Shown here piece by piece: positions 48,917 to 60,876 of a stretch of DNA of 64,000 bases. Under the pieces are notes generated by a model, which saw only the letters and a list, made by a program, of their open reading frames with translations, was not told where the DNA came from and did no database searches. The number at the start of each line of letters is the position of its first letter. Positions within the stretch are counted from its first letter, which is position 1. Position numbers and translations under genes: made by a program. Origin of the DNA: Candidatus Nanopelagicales bacterium (GTDB lineage: Bacteria > Actinomycetota > Actinomycetes > S36-B12 > UBA10799); contig JBAOHC010000027.1 in NCBI GenBank assembly GCA_037046735.1, forward strand, positions 268,307 through 332,306, given 5' to 3'.

Positions 48917-50140
48917 CTACACCTCGGCCAGGCCCACCGCGTCATCAGCCAACCGGGCCGGATCCACCTGCCGACCCGAGCGGATCAAATCACCCACGCT
49001 GCCGATCGTGTCCCACCGACTGACGTGCATCCCGGCCAGGACTCGGCCGCCTGACAGCCAGAAGGCCATGAAGTCCAGGCCTGACGTATCACCCCGCACC
49101 ACTACCTGGTCGTAATCCCCCGGTCCGGCGTAGCCGGTGTACTCCATCCCCAGGTCGTATTGGTCTGTGTAGAAGTACGGCAGCCGATCGTACGGTTGCG
49201 TGCCACCGAGCATCGACCGCGCGGCATGTGGCCCCTGGTTCAGAGCATTCGCCCAGTGCTCCACCCGAATCCGCCGTTCGAGCAAAGGGTGCTCGGCTTC
49301 CGCGATGTCCCCGGCCGCGAAGACCGCAGGGCCTGACGTGCGCAGTGTGGCATCCACGAGAATGCCACTGCCGATGTCCAATCCACTCGAACGCGCGAAT
49401 TCGATGCTGGGAGTGACCCCGACGCCCACCACCGCCCGATCCGCCGTGAGGACGGTGCCGTCAGCGAGTTCCACCCCGGCGAAGGCGCCATCGGTCGCGA
49501 TGAACGATTGCACCCCGACCCCGCAGCGCAGATCTACGCCGTGCGCGCGATGAAGATCGGCAAACACCTGCGCGACCTCCGGGCCAAGCACGCCCACGAG
49601 GGGCAGCTCCGCCTGCTCCAGAACCGTCACCGCAACCCCTTGCTCGCGGGCGACGGCGGCGACCTCCAGCCCGATCCACCCCCCGCCCACGATCACCAGA
49701 TGCTGCGTTGTGTCCAGACCCGCCCGCAGCGCGTCCGCATCGTCGAGGGTGCGCAAGTAGTGCACTCCCGTGGCATCTGCGCCGGGAATATTCAGCCGAC
49801 GCGGGGTCGAACCGGTCGCCAGCAGCAGCGCGTCGTAAGCCAACAGGGTCCCATCAGACAGTTGCACCTGGCGCTCGCCCAGCTGCAACCCCTGGACCGA
49901 CGTACCCTGCCGCAAGGTGATCGACTGCTCCTGGAACCATGACGCGGGCTGAACAAAGACGCTGTCGCGTTGTGCTTTGCCTTGCAGATAGTCCTTGGAC
50001 AGCGGTGGCCGCTCGTAGGGAGGATGGGCTTCGGCCCCAACCATGACCACCTCACCTGAGAAGCCCTCTTCTCGTAGGGTCTGCGCGGCCTTCACAGCGG
50101 CGAGTCCCGCACCGACGATGACAAATCTGTCGGAGGTCAT
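48917..50140 (-). CDS. FAD-dependent ferredoxin/rubredoxin-type NAD(P)H reductase
   Basis: FVIVGAGLAAVKAAQTLREEG, YERPPLSKDYL, a second GGGWIGLEVAA Rossmann motif, and a reductase C-terminal domain. Confidence 0.85.
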   Translation of the reverse strand: MTSDRFVIVGAGLAAVKAAQTLREEGFSGEVVMVGAEAHPPYERPPLSKDYLQGKAQRDSVFVQPASWFQEQSITLRQGTSVQGLQLGERQVQLSDGTLLAYDALLLATGSTPRRLNIPGADATGVHYLRTLDDADALRAGLDTTQHLVIVGGGWIGLEVAAVAREQGVAVTVLEQAELPLVGVLGPEVAQVFADLHRAHGVDLRCGVGVQSFIATDGAFAGVELADGTVLTADRAVVGVGVTPSIEFARSSGLDIGSGILVDATLRTSGPAVFAAGDIAEAEHPLLERRIRVEHWANALNQGPHAARSMLGGTQPYDRLPYFYTDQYDLGMEYTGYAGPGDYDQVVVRGDTSGLDFMAFWLSGGRVLAGMHVSRWDTIGSVGDLIRSGRQVDPARLADDAVGLAEV

Positions 50141-50538
50141 GACTCAACTTCTCACCGGTTCCGCGCCATCGCAATGGCACGTGCCTGTGTGCGACACCAG
50201 CCCCACACGAACCCGCCCGACACGCCGAGCAACCCCTCCCCCGTCGTCACCTCGACGTGGCTCGGCACACCTGCATTACCCATCGATCTGGTCGTCGTGA
50301 CGACCTTCGACAGTCACGGGCGCATTGGCCGCGGGGACGATCGCGGATACCAGCACCGGCAGGGCCTAGGTCCGGCTGTTCCTCATCGACGCTACGACGC
50401 TGGTGGCGAAGGCCACCTCCGATCTGCCGATCGGGACCTTGGACCCCAGCGACGTGACGTTCCGCCCCCCGCCGGCCCCACCGTCCACTCCGACGCTCAG
50501 GACCGCACGGTGATGATCAGGGACGGTGGCTGAGCCGG

Positions 50539-51616
50539 TCAGCCGACGATGCCTTGGAAGTCGGTCGTCAGGTAGTCGATGAAGGCCGGGCCCACCTTCT
50601 CGGAAGTGAGCACGGCGGCCGACACGGGTGCGGGGCGTGACTCGAAGTCCGCGTCGGCAAGGGCGCGGGCTGCGAAGTCATGCTGCAGGATCGCACCCCG
50701 GCCGACCGAGACGAAGTCCGCACCGCGATCCAGGCACCACGACACATCAGCCGTGGTGAGCACCTTGCCCGCAACGCCGAGCCGCGCAGCCCCTCGCGGC
50801 AGGTCCACGAAGTGGTCGATGAGCAGGCCCTCGTCACCGCCTCGCGGACGGCTGAACACGTCCCACAACGACAGTTCGACGTAGTCGAGCAGGTCGCTGG
50901 CCAGAACCTCGCGCGCGTAGCCCTGGGCATCGGCCAGCGGGATCCCGAAACCCTCCGGACTCAGGCGCAATCCCAGTTGGAACGTGCGAGGCCGTTGCCG
51001 CCCGGATGCCCGCCAGCACCTCGAGAAGGATGCGCAGGCGGTTCTCGAACGAGCCGCCGTACTGGTCGTCGCGGTGGTTGCGGCTGCTGTCGAGGAACTG
51101 CCCGATCAGGTAGCCATGGGCGCCGTGCACTTCGACGCCGTCGAATCCGGCGTCCTGGGCGCGCACTGCGGCGGCGACGAAATCCCCGATGACCTGGGTG
51201 ATCTCGGCGGCGGTCATGGCCACCGCATCGTGGCGCGGGTCGTCCCAGGGGCACTGGACCTGGCGGCCGGTGATCTGGCGTTCGGCCCGCCGTCCACCGT
51301 GGTGCAGTTGCACGGCAGAGGCGGCGCCGTGCGATCTGATGGCGTCGGCCAACCGCTTCAGGCCCGGATCATGCTCTGGTGAGCAGACGCCCAGCTGCCC
51401 ATCCCAGACCTGCCCAGCCGGGGACACGAAGGCGGCCGCCGTCAGGACCAGCCCGAAGCCGCCGCGGGCCCGCGCCACCAACCATTCGATCTCATCAGTG
51501 GACAGCGCCCCATCAGAGTGACTCTGCTTGTTGGTCAGCGGTGCCAGCGCGATGCGGTTGGACCACGCGGGGCCGTGCTCGAACGTCAGCACGTCCGATG
51601 GCAATACATTCGACAT
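50539..51616 (-). CDS. NADH:flavin oxidoreductase (Old Yellow Enzyme family), frame change near 50978-50990
   Basis: LAPLTNKQS, VEVHGAHGYLIGQFL, DQYGGSFENR. The C-terminal half is in ORF 50539..50970 (FQLGLRLSPEGFG...). Start at ATG 51616 (MSNVLPSD). Confidence 0.8.
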
Positions 51617-51696
51617 CTTGGGCCCTCTCGTCGCCTGGGCCCAATCCTGCCCGGGGCCAAAGCGGCGTGGGGGTACCGGGTCGGCGCACTCCGGTC

Positions 51697-52212
51697 TCAG
51701 ACCGACACAGGGATGACGACTTCGTTCCTGCGCAGGAACCATGGTGTCCACGGCGGGTCGAACCGCGCGTAACGAGGCCGACCCACCACCGTCAGCCCAG
51801 CCTCCGCCAGCAGGTCGAGTAACTCATCGGTGTGGGCATCGTAGGAGCCGCGCGTCCAGCGGCCCGAGAACGTCAAGGCCGCGGCAGTCTGTGCCGGCAC
51901 CCGGCGAGTCCGCACCGAGGAGTCCATGGGCTCCGGAAAGTCCTGCGTCATCAGTTCCGAAGGCATCACAAAGCCGACGACGAAGACACCACTTCGGGGG
52001 TCCTGCTCCTGCACCACCGGCGCGGTCATCGCCACCTTGCGAGACGCCCGGTTGTGACCCCCGATGTAGCGGGCCAGCGTCGGGAACGCCAGGTTACCCG
52101 CGACCCCGAAGGGCCCGCTGACATCCACCTCCGCCACCAGGTGTTCGGGATAGCGCCGCACCTCGAACCCGGAGTACTTCTCGAGGACTTCATACGGTTG
52201 CTGTTCGGTCAT
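51697..52212 (-). CDS. SOUL heme-binding family protein
   Basis: PYEVLEKYSGFEVRRYP, IAMTAPV-like VAMTAPVVQ, and YARFDPPWTPWFLRRNEV at the C-terminus. Confidence 0.75.
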   Translation of the reverse strand: MTEQQPYEVLEKYSGFEVRRYPEHLVAEVDVSGPFGVAGNLAFPTLARYIGGHNRASRKVAMTAPVVQEQDPRSGVFVVGFVMPSELMTQDFPEPMDSSVRTRRVPAQTAAALTFSGRWTRGSYDAHTDELLDLLAEAGLTVVGRPRYARFDPPWTPWFLRRNEVVIPVSV

Positions 52213-52379
52213 GACCTCACCCCAGCACCACGGTACCCACATGGACATCGATTGGGCCAGAGTCACGCCATCACCGTGGCAGGCCGCTAGCCTGCGGATG
52301 CGGAAGGTGCGCTGCCGGGTGCTCCGGGCCTGGCCCACAGGTTCAGCCGCGGGCCGACCCTGGCCACTACGGTCTGACC

Positions 52380-53066
52380 ATGACCGACGACATCGACACC
52401 TGGCGGTTCTTCGGCCGTGCCTGGCTGGCTGCGCTGGCCCTGTCGTGGACCGTGGGCGTGATCGACGCCTATTCGTTCCAGGTGTACGGCGTCTTCACGT
52501 CCAATCAGGCGGGCAACCTGGTCGTGCTGGGCACCGAACTGCCGCGCGATCCCGACAAGGCGACCCTGGCTGCTCTGTCGCTGCTGGGGGCGGTGGTGGG
52601 GGTGGCGCTTTCGACCCTGATCCAGCGTCTGCTCGCGCGCCGCCGATGGTTGCAGGTGGCCTTTCCGATGATCCTCATGATCCTACTGATGATCTTGGCC
52701 TCCTTCTTGCGGCAAGTGGTGGGAAGCCCTGCGCAGGTCCTCGTGCCGCTGACCAGCGCCGCCCTTGCCGGGCTGGCCACGGCCGTTTTGAAGGTGCCCG
52801 CCGTGCGCGGCTGGATCACGGCGAACACGGGCGCTGTGCTGACCACCGTCCACACGATCTTCCAGGGCCCCAGCGCTGCCCGAGCCGGCGGTCAGCCGGT
52901 CCGGTCGGCGGTCATGATCACGCTGGGCTTCCTCAGCGGGGCCATCGCCTGGGGTTCGGGCATCCTCGGCACGAGCGACCCGTCAGTGCCCGCCCTCATC
53001 CCGACGCTGCTCGCCGTTGGTGTCGCAGTTGCCAATGAGATCCGCGCGACGCGCGCTGGCCGGTAA
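52380..53066 (+). CDS. YoaK/DUF1275 family membrane protein
   Basis: GVIDAYSFQVYGVFTSNQAGNLVVLG and 6 TM. Confidence 0.75.
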   Translation: MTDDIDTWRFFGRAWLAALALSWTVGVIDAYSFQVYGVFTSNQAGNLVVLGTELPRDPDKATLAALSLLGAVVGVALSTLIQRLLARRRWLQVAFPMILMILLMILASFLRQVVGSPAQVLVPLTSAALAGLATAVLKVPAVRGWITANTGAVLTTVHTIFQGPSAARAGGQPVRSAVMITLGFLSGAIAWGSGILGTSDPSVPALIPTLLAVGVAVANEIRATRAGR

Positions 53067-53304
53067 AGAATCCGCAGTCTTTGGCGCAGTCGACTGGGGG
53101 CCGCGAACTTTTCCGGCCTTGTTGTCCCCAAACCCGGCGGAAATGGCCAACGTCGTCGGAATTCGGCAGTTGTTGCTGCGACACGCCACTCGAAATCGCA
53201 CCTTCTGCAAATCGCTGCTTGCGCTCACCGGCCACCTGGTTGAAGCTCGGCCTTAGTGGGCCACAGCGCACCCGCGCGCCACTGTGTCTGCTTGAGCTCA
53301 GCAG

Positions 53305-54000
53305 CTACTTGCCCGTTCGGTCCTGAGTATCTGCCTCCAGCCGATACCCGACCCCAGGCACGGTGATGAGGTACTTGGGATCTGAGGGGTTGGGCTCGAG
53401 TTTGGCACGCAATTGTGCGAGGTAGACGCGCAGGTAGTGGCCCTGGCTGGGCACATTTGGACCCCGCAGATCGTCGAGCAACTCCTGCCTGCCGACAACT
53501 TTGCCCGGGTTGGCGGCCAAGAGCTCGAGCAGGCGCCACTCCGTCGGCGTCAAGCGGACTTCTTTGTCACCACGCGTGACTCGCTTGCGCGGCAGATCGA
53601 TCATGAAATCGTCGGTGGTCAACACCGGCGCCACCACCTCGGTTGTGCCGCGGCGATGCGCTGCTCGCAGTCGCGCGAGCAATTCGTCCATGCCAAAGGG
53701 CTTCGTCACGTAGTCATCAGCCCCGGCGTCAAGCGCCCGGACCTTTTCTGCCGCACTGCTGCGTGCGGACAGGACCACCACCGGAACATCCGACCACCCA
53801 CGTACCGCCGCCAGCACATCCAGACCGTCCATGTCGGGCAGCCCGAGATCCAGGACGATCAGATCCGGGTGCTCATGCGCCATGGCATCGAGTGCCCCCC
53901 GCCCGGTCTGGGCCCAGACCGGCTCGTCGCCCCGTGCCCGCAAGGTGATCTTCAGTGCACGAGCAAGCCCGGCCTCGTCCTCCACGATGAGCACCTTCAC
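53305..54000 (-). CDS. kdpE: KdpE response regulator (OmpR family)
   Basis: Receiver DLIVLDLGLPDMDG, DDYVTKPF, and a winged-helix C-terminus. Overlaps the kdpD stop. Confidence 0.9.
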   Translation of the reverse strand: MKVLIVEDEAGLARALKITLRARGDEPVWAQTGRGALDAMAHEHPDLIVLDLGLPDMDGLDVLAAVRGWSDVPVVVLSARSSAAEKVRALDAGADDYVTKPFGMDELLARLRAAHRRGTTEVVAPVLTTDDFMIDLPRKRVTRGDKEVRLTPTEWRLLELLAANPGKVVGRQELLDDLRGPNVPSQGHYLRVYLAQLRAKLEPNPSDPKYLITVPGVGYRLEADTQDRTGK

Positions 54001-56513
54001 GAAGACCCCCCCGCGGTGGGTAACCGGAAGATCATGGTCAACCCGCCGCCCGGCGTGTCGTCAGCCTCCAACAGTCCACCACACGCCTCCACGAAGCCAC
54101 GCGCAACGGCCAGCCCGAGGCCGACGCCTTGGCGACCCGGTGCATCGCCAAGGCGCTGAAAGGGCTGGAACATGGCGTCGCGCTCACTTTCTCTGACCCC
54201 CGGGCCAACATCGATCACTCGCATCATCACTTCATCCCCGATACGTTCGGCTGTGACCCGTACCGGGCGCTCGGCGGGGCTGAAGCGCACAGCGTTCTCG
54301 ATGACATTCGCGACCGCTCGCTCGAATAGCCCCTCGTCAACCCAAACCGGTGGCAGATCCAGAGGAATGCTCACCTCCAAGCTCTCCGGGAGCACGGCCC
54401 TGGACGCTGCAGCCACAAGATCGGGGAGCCAAACCTCGCTCTGGATCGCTGCCACGGCCCCGGCATCAAGCCTGCTCATATCCAGAAGGTTGTCGATCAG
54501 CGCTTGCAGACGCTCCGTCGAATCCTGCACCGTCGCCAGCAGTTGCTCCCGGTCCTCCTCGGACAGTAGGTGACCCTGGGTACGCAAAGCTGTGACAGCG
54601 GCCTTTGCACCCGCCAGCGGGGTCCGCAGGTCATGACTAACCGCTGCCAGCAGGGCAGTGCGGATTCGGGTTCGTTCTCGCTCCTGCCGCGCCACTCGCG
54701 CTTCCGCGCGCAGGTGGTCCCGTTCAGCCAGCCCTTCTGTCTGCAGTGCGACGGTAGTCAGAACCCGCATATCCATTGCGTCTAGGGATGGGCCAGCGAT
54801 CGCAAGCTCAAGGCTGTCGCTGATCGGGATCTCGGTGACGACACCGTCCTGCGGGACGTACCCCATGGACTCGCGGACACGCCAGCGTCGGTCGCGTTCC
54901 TGGCGTTCGCGTAGCGCAACATAGCGCAGCGAGAACGACTCCTTCAATTGTTCGAGGAGGGCTGGGATCGCGTGTTCCCCCCGCAGAATCGTCCCGGAGA
55001 GCTTACTCAAAGTGTCGGCTTCCGCCCGTGCCCTGGCAGCCTCACGAGTCCGCCGTGCCGAGACGTCAACCATCCGAGCGACGGCCATGGCCACGAGGAC
55101 TAGGACCAGCAGAGCGACGACGTTGAGCGGACTGGTTACCTTCCACGTGCCGTACGGGGGGATGAACGCGTAGTCAACGATGACAACCGCGATCAGCGCC
55201 GCCATCAAACCCGGCCGCAACCCCCCGAACAATGCAGCGACGAGGACGACGGCCAAGAACAGCATGAGTGCAACAGGCAGAGTCTCGGAACGGTCCCACT
55301 GCAGCAATATCAGGGACAGCAATGGCACACCAAGTAGCGCCGTGGCCCACCCCGCCACCTTGCGATATCGCGGCAAGAGATCCAGACCCTCAAGGCGGCG
55401 CCCTGCGCCCGTGTGATCGTGCGTGACGATGTGCACATCGATGTCGCCAGAGTCCCGAACGACCAGTGGTCCGACCCCTGGCGAGAAAAGGCTGCCTAGC
55501 CGTGATCGCCGAGGAGCCCCGAGCACGATCTGCGTCGCGTTCACCCCGCGGGCGAACTCCAGAATGGACTCCGGGATATCTGAGCCAGTCACCAGGTGGA
55601 ATGAACCGCCGAGTGCATCCACGAGACCACGCTGCCGGGCGAGCGTGTCCGGCGAGCCCCCACTAAGCCCATCCGTTGATGCCACGTGCAGGGCGAGGAG
55701 TTCGCCGCCGATCGCCCGCTGCGCGATGCGGGCGCCCCGCCGCAGCAGGGTATCCCCCTCCGGTCCGCCGGTCAGCGCCACGACCACCCGCTCCCGCGTA
55801 GGCCACGGCTGCTCGATGTCGTTCTCGTCGCGGTACATCTCGAGAGCCTGGTCCACCCGGTCGGCAGTCCAGAGCAGCGCCAACTCCCGCAGGGCAGTGA
55901 GATTTCCGATCCGGAAATAGTTCGTGAGAGCGGCATCCACCTTCTCGGGTTTGTACACGTTGCCGTGTGCCATCCGCCGCCGGAGTGCCTGCGGGCTCAT
56001 ATCAACCAGTTCGATCTGGTCGGCTCGTCGCACGACATCGTCGGGCACCGTCTCCGTCTGCCTGATCCCGGTGATGCTGTAGACGACGTCGTTGAGCGAC
56101 TCCAAATGCTGAATGTTCACCGTGGTGATGACGTCGATTCCTGACTCCAGCAGCTCCTCGACGTCCTGCCAGCGCTTCTGATTCTTGGAGCCCGGAACGT
56201 TGGTGTGGGCGAGTTCGTCGACCAAGGCGACCTCAGGGCATCGCGCAAGGACGGCATCCACATCCATTTCGGTCATGGCGGCGCCACGGTACATGAGGTC
56301 CTGCCGGGCGATCACCTCCAATTCACCAATGGCTTCAGCAGTGAGCACACGGTCGTGCGTCTCGACGAACCCCACGACGACATCGGAACCGCGCCGCGCA
56401 CGCCGGTTACCCTCGTTGAGCATCGTGAACGTCTTGCCGACGCCCGGGGCTGCCCCGAGGTAGACCCGAAGTGACCCACGGCGTGGGATAGGCCGCTGAC
56501 TCACACTGGTCAT
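53997..56513 (-). CDS. kdpD: KdpD sensor histidine kinase
   Basis: N-terminal KdpD domain with GAAPGVGKT, a USP-like segment, 4 TM, H-box AVSHDLRTPL, and HATPase G-boxes. Confidence 0.9.
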   Translation of the reverse strand: MTSVSQRPIPRRGSLRVYLGAAPGVGKTFTMLNEGNRRARRGSDVVVGFVETHDRVLTAEAIGELEVIARQDLMYRGAAMTEMDVDAVLARCPEVALVDELAHTNVPGSKNQKRWQDVEELLESGIDVITTVNIQHLESLNDVVYSITGIRQTETVPDDVVRRADQIELVDMSPQALRRRMAHGNVYKPEKVDAALTNYFRIGNLTALRELALLWTADRVDQALEMYRDENDIEQPWPTRERVVVALTGGPEGDTLLRRGARIAQRAIGGELLALHVASTDGLSGGSPDTLARQRGLVDALGGSFHLVTGSDIPESILEFARGVNATQIVLGAPRRSRLGSLFSPGVGPLVVRDSGDIDVHIVTHDHTGAGRRLEGLDLLPRYRKVAGWATALLGVPLLSLILLQWDRSETLPVALMLFLAVVLVAALFGGLRPGLMAALIAVVIVDYAFIPPYGTWKVTSPLNVVALLVLVLVAMAVARMVDVSARRTREAARARAEADTLSKLSGTILRGEHAIPALLEQLKESFSLRYVALRERQERDRRWRVRESMGYVPQDGVVTEIPISDSLELAIAGPSLDAMDMRVLTTVALQTEGLAERDHLRAEARVARQERERTRIRTALLAAVSHDLRTPLAGAKAAVTALRTQGHLLSEEDREQLLATVQDSTERLQALIDNLLDMSRLDAGAVAAIQSEVWLPDLVAAASRAVLPESLEVSIPLDLPPVWVDEGLFERAVANVIENAVRFSPAERPVRVTAERIGDEVMMRVIDVGPGVRESERDAMFQPFQRLGDAPGRQGVGLGLAVARGFVEACGGLLEADDTPGGGLTMIFRLPTAGGSS

Positions 56514-57082
56514 TGTGCCCGTTCGAGAGCCTCGTTGATTTCGAGGACGTTGACCGATGCCTCCCCCAGGAAGCCCAGGCCGGGTTGGGTGGTCGCCGCA
56601 GCGACCATCGCGCGCACTTGGTCCTCGGCGAGTCCCCTGCTGCGGGCGACTCGGGGCACCTGAATCGCAGCGTATTCCGGGGAGATGCCCGGATCCAGCC
56701 CAGAACCCGACGCTGTAACGGCATCCGCAGGCACTGCCTCCGGCGCGACACGTTCGCGCGCTGCGACCGTGGCCGTGCGTAGTGTGATCGCGGCAACCAG
56801 CTCAGGGTTGTTAGGTCCCAGGTTGGATCCCCCGCTGGCAATCGCGTCATAGCCGTCACCCGCGGCCGACGGCCGTGAGTAGAACCATCGCTGGCCGTCA
56901 AACTGTTGACCTATTAATGATGAGCCCACGATCGAGCCATCGCGTTCGATCAAGCTGCCATCGGTCCGAGCGCCCAGTGCCTTTGCCGCCAGGACCCCGG
57001 CCAGGGGGTACAGCAACCCGAGTACCACCGTGAACACCAGCATCAGGCGAACAGCAGCCCACACTTGCCGAGTCACATTCAT
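56510..57082 (-). CDS. kdpC: K+-transporting ATPase subunit KdpC
   Basis: MNVTRQVWAAVRLMLVFTVVLGLLYPLAG, SGSGLDPGISPEYA. Start at ATG 57082. Confidence 0.9.
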   Translation of the reverse strand: MNVTRQVWAAVRLMLVFTVVLGLLYPLAGVLAAKALGARTDGSLIERDGSIVGSSLIGQQFDGQRWFYSRPSAAGDGYDAIASGGSNLGPNNPELVAAITLRTATVAARERVAPEAVPADAVTASGSGLDPGISPEYAAIQVPRVARSRGLAEDQVRAMVAAATTQPGLGFLGEASVNVLEINEALERAQ

Positions 57083-57089
57083 GTCATCC

Positions 57090-59141
57090 TCACAATCCCG
57101 GGAGCAGACTGACGACGAGGTCAATCAATTTGATCCCGACGAAGGGTGCGGCGATCCCCCCGAGACCGTAGGTCAACAGGTTGCGTCGCAGGAGACCGTC
57201 GGCGCTCGTGGGTGTGAAACGTACCCCCCGCAGCGCAAGTGGAATGAGTGCCACAATGATGAGCGCGTTGAAGATGACCGCTGACAGGATCGCCGATTGG
57301 GGGCTGGATAGACCCATGAAGTTGAGCATTCCCAGCTGGGGGTAGGCCACCAGGAACATCGCCGGCAGGATGGCGAAGTACTTCGCGAGATCGTTGGCGA
57401 TCGAGAAGGTCGTCAGCGCACCCCGCGTGATCAGCAACTGTTTTCCGATCTCTACGATCTCAATGAGTTTGGTTGGATTGCTGTCGAGATCGACCATGTT
57501 GCCAGCCTCTTTTGCAGCCGATGTGCCCGTGTTCATCGCGACGCCCACGTCGGCCTGTGCCAGTGCGGGAGCGTCGTTGGTCCCGTCCCCGGTCATAGCA
57601 ACCATCCGTCCGGACCCTTGCTCGCCGCGGATGAGGGCAAGCTTGTCCTCCGGTGTGGCTTCTGCCAAGAAGTCGTCGACCCCCGCCTCGTTGGCGATCG
57701 CCCGTGCGGTCATGGGATTGTCCCCGGTGATCATCACCGTCCGAATGCCCATCGCCCGCAACTGGTCGAACCGTTCCCGCATGCCGTCCTTGACCACATC
57801 CTTGAGATTGATGACGCCAAGCGGACGAGCTGGCTGGGTCCCTTGGCGCTCGGCCACCACCAGTGGTGTACCACCACTCGCGCTCACCGCATCGACCGTT
57901 TGCGCCAGGTCCTCACCCGCGTGACCCTGGTTGTCCCGCACCCACCTGATCACGGCTGCGGCAGCGCCCTTTCGGATCTCGTGGACATGACCATCCACCG
58001 GGATGTCCACGCCCGACATCCGGGTGCGGGCCGAGAACTCGATGAAGTTGGCCTCGGAGCTCTCCGGGCGCACTCGCAGGTCGTAGTTGTCCTTGGCGAG
58101 AACGACTATCGACCGGCCTTCCGGTGTCTCATCGGCCAGACTGCTCAGCTGAGCCGCCTCTACCAGTTCCCGTTCCGAAATCCCCATGACCGGGATGAAC
58201 TGCGCCGCCCGCCGATTACCCAGCGTGATGGTCCCAGTCTTATCCAGCAGCAGCACATCGACGTCACCGGCCGCCTCCACTGCGCGCCCCGAAGTTGCCA
58301 GCACGTTCCGCTGAACGAGACGGTCCATGCCGGCGATGCCGATTGCTGACAACAGCGCGCCGATCGTGGTCGGGATCAGACACACGAGAAGAGCGACAAG
58401 CACTATCAACGGCTGTCTGGCATCGGAGTAGACCGCGAATGGCTGCAAAGTGACCACCGCTAGAAGGAAGATAATGGTCAAGGCGGACAGCAAGAGATTC
58501 AAAGCGATCTCATTGGGGGTCTTCTGACGTGCTGATCCCTCTACCAGGGAGATCATCCGGTCGAGGAAGGTCTGCCCTGGTGCCGCTGTGATCTTTACTA
58601 TGATCCGGTCGGACAGCACCTTGGTGCCACCCGTGACGGCACTGCGGTCCCCACCCGATTCCCGAATGACCGGCGCCGACTCCCCCGTGATGGCCGACTC
58701 GTCGACTGCTGCCACGCCTTCGACCACATCGCCGTCGCCAGGGATCACGTCGCCAGCCTCAACGACCACGAGATCACCAACGAGCAGATGCGCGCCCGGG
58801 ATGTGTTCCCCCCGTCCGTCGGGGTGCAGCAGCCGGGCGATCGTATCCTCGCGCGCCTTGCGCAGGCTCTCTGCCTGGGCACGTCCCCGGCCCTCTGCAA
58901 CAGCCTCCGCGAGTGTCCCGAAGAGCACGGTGGCCCACAGCCAGAAAGCGACCGACCACGCGAAGACCGAAGGCACCTGTAAAGCGAGAACCGTCGTGAA
59001 CAGCGCACCCACCCAGACAACGAACATCACCGGCGTCCGGATCACCTCACGTGGGTCAAGTTTTCGCAGGGCCGCTGGAAGGCTGCGCCACATCTGTCCG
59101 GGATCCAAGAACGTCGACCTGTCGGTTGTGTGGGTGCTCAT
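57090..59141 (-). CDS. kdpB: K+-transporting P-type ATPase subunit KdpB
   Basis: [37 protein letters not shown]. Confidence 0.95.
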   Translation of the reverse strand: MSTHTTDRSTFLDPGQMWRSLPAALRKLDPREVIRTPVMFVVWVGALFTTVLALQVPSVFAWSVAFWLWATVLFGTLAEAVAEGRGRAQAESLRKAREDTIARLLHPDGRGEHIPGAHLLVGDLVVVEAGDVIPGDGDVVEGVAAVDESAITGESAPVIRESGGDRSAVTGGTKVLSDRIIVKITAAPGQTFLDRMISLVEGSARQKTPNEIALNLLLSALTIIFLLAVVTLQPFAVYSDARQPLIVLVALLVCLIPTTIGALLSAIGIAGMDRLVQRNVLATSGRAVEAAGDVDVLLLDKTGTITLGNRRAAQFIPVMGISERELVEAAQLSSLADETPEGRSIVVLAKDNYDLRVRPESSEANFIEFSARTRMSGVDIPVDGHVHEIRKGAAAAVIRWVRDNQGHAGEDLAQTVDAVSASGGTPLVVAERQGTQPARPLGVINLKDVVKDGMRERFDQLRAMGIRTVMITGDNPMTARAIANEAGVDDFLAEATPEDKLALIRGEQGSGRMVAMTGDGTNDAPALAQADVGVAMNTGTSAAKEAGNMVDLDSNPTKLIEIVEIGKQLLITRGALTTFSIANDLAKYFAILPAMFLVAYPQLGMLNFMGLSSPQSAILSAVIFNALIIVALIPLALRGVRFTPTSADGLLRRNLLTYGLGGIAAPFVGIKLIDLVVSLLPGL

Positions 59142-60787
59142 TGCAGCGCCTCCGCAACAGGTCCCAGGGCGAGCGCCGGGACGTAGGTGAGACCAGCGAC
59201 GAACAGGACCACCACCACCAGCAGGCCAACAAACATCGGCGCGTCGGTCGACAGGGTGCCCGGTCCGGGCGCCTTCCGCCTCTGCCTGGCAAGCACCCCG
59301 GCCAACGCGATCACGAGCACCATCGGGACGAAGCGAGCGAACAGCATGACGAGACCAAGCACAGTGTTCTGATACGTCGTCGCGGCGCCGAAACTTGCGA
59401 ATGCAGAGCCATTGTTGTTCGCCGCTGAGGCATACGCATATAGAGCCGTGGACAGGCCGTGGGGGCCTTGCTGAGTGATCGAGCCGTCACCGGCGGGCAG
59501 CCCAGCGGTGAGTCCGGCTCCAACCAGCAGCAGCACTGGGGTGGTCAGGATGTAGAGCGCGACCAGGGTGATCTCCCGCCGCCCAAGGCGCTTGCCGTAG
59601 ATCTCCGGCGTGCGCCCCACCATCAGACCCGCCAGGAAGACCGTGAGTATTGCCAGGATGAGCATCCCGTACAGTCCGGAGCCGACACCACCGGGAGACA
59701 CCTCGCCCACCATCATGTTGAGCATCGCAACACCGCCACCTGCTGCGGTGAATGAATCATGCATGGAGTTGACCGCCCCCGTGCTCGTGCCGGTCGTGGA
59801 AGCCGCGAAGAGTGCCGATGTTGCAACGCCGAACCGGACCTCTTTGCCCTCCATGGCCGCACCCGCCAGTTCAGGCGCCGCACCCCTGCCCGCAGTCTCG
59901 GCCCAGGTGATCAGCGCCACGCTGGTCAGCCACAGCACGCCCATCGTGCAGAGGATCGCGATGCCCTGCTTCTTGTTGCCGATAACCAGACCCATGGCCC
60001 GGGGCAGCGAAAAGGGGATGGCGAGCAGTAGCAGTATCTGCAACACGTTGGTGTAGGCAGTCGGGTTCTCGAAGGGGTGCGCCGAGTTGGCGTTGAAGAA
60101 GCCACCGCCGTTGGTTCCCAACTGCTTTATCGCTTCCTGAGTGGCGACGGGTCCACCAGGGATCGGCTGAGTAGCTCCCTGCAGCGTTGTGGCCACCACG
60201 GGATCGTTGAGGTTCTGCACAACGCCTCCGATCATGAACAACAAAGCTGCGATAGCGGCCAGAGGTAGGAGCAGACGCAAGACGATGCGGATGATGTCGA
60301 CCCAGAAGTTGCCCAAAAGGTCTGCCCCAGAAGACACGAATCCGCGGAGAAGAACGAAGGCGACCGCGATGCCCACCGCCGCTGAAACGAAGTTCTGCAC
60401 CGTGAGTCCAGCGGCCTGTGCCAAGTAGCCCATAGTGGCCTCGCCGGAGTACCACTGCCAATTGGTGTTGGTCACGAAACTGGAGGCAGTGTTGAAGGCA
60501 CCGTCCGCAGGTACCGCTGGCATGCCGACGTTCCCTGGGAGGACAGCCTGCAGTCGCAACAGCGCGTAGAGCAGCACGGCACCTACCACGGACACAGCAA
60601 GAACGGATATGGCGTAGGTTGCCCAGGGTTGCTGTGTCGAGGCGTTGACCCCAACCAGTCTGTATACGCCCTTCTCTAGACGCGTATCCCTGGTGTCCGT
60701 CATGATCCGCGCAATGTAGGTCCCTAAAGGCCACTGCACCAGCAGGAGCAGGGCCACGATCAGGCAGACTTGCTCTCCGGCCGCCAT
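59138..60787 (-). CDS. kdpA: K+-transporting ATPase subunit KdpA
   Basis: 549-aa polytopic protein in the conserved position upstream of kdpB, with overlapping start/stop. KdpA-like [10 protein letters not shown] and [18 protein letters not shown]. Confidence 0.95.
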   Translation of the reverse strand: MAAGEQVCLIVALLLLVQWPLGTYIARIMTDTRDTRLEKGVYRLVGVNASTQQPWATYAISVLAVSVVGAVLLYALLRLQAVLPGNVGMPAVPADGAFNTASSFVTNTNWQWYSGEATMGYLAQAAGLTVQNFVSAAVGIAVAFVLLRGFVSSGADLLGNFWVDIIRIVLRLLLPLAAIAALLFMIGGVVQNLNDPVVATTLQGATQPIPGGPVATQEAIKQLGTNGGGFFNANSAHPFENPTAYTNVLQILLLLAIPFSLPRAMGLVIGNKKQGIAILCTMGVLWLTSVALITWAETAGRGAAPELAGAAMEGKEVRFGVATSALFAASTTGTSTGAVNSMHDSFTAAGGGVAMLNMMVGEVSPGGVGSGLYGMLILAILTVFLAGLMVGRTPEIYGKRLGRREITLVALYILTTPVLLLVGAGLTAGLPAGDGSITQQGPHGLSTALYAYASAANNNGSAFASFGAATTYQNTVLGLVMLFARFVPMVLVIALAGVLARQRRKAPGPGTLSTDAPMFVGLLVVVVLFVAGLTYVPALALGPVAEALQ

Positions 60788-60876
60788 CAGAACCGGTCCG
60801 GGAAAAGCAAGGTGATGATCAAGTAGATGAGCAGACCCACAGCAGCCGATAATCCGACGGCCTCCATGGCGTTCAC
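60787..60876 (-). CDS. kdpF: K+-transporting ATPase subunit KdpF
   Basis: V/MNAMEAVGLSAAVGLLIYLIITLLFPDRF ends in the KdpF-like PDRF. Its stop overlaps the kdpA ATG. Start is GTG 60876 or ATG 60867. Confidence 0.7.
   Translation of the reverse strand: MNAMEAVGLSAAVGLLIYLIITLLFPDRF

Noticed and set aside
50141-50538. Possible small ferredoxin gene upstream of the ferredoxin reductase. A minus-strand reading gives CRAGSCG at 50202-50222, resembling the 2Fe-2S C-x4-C-x2-C motif.
   Set aside because: No continuous ORF exists in any frame. The third and fourth Cys ligands cannot be recovered even when I allow single frame shifts. At best this is a degraded remnant, so I do not call it.
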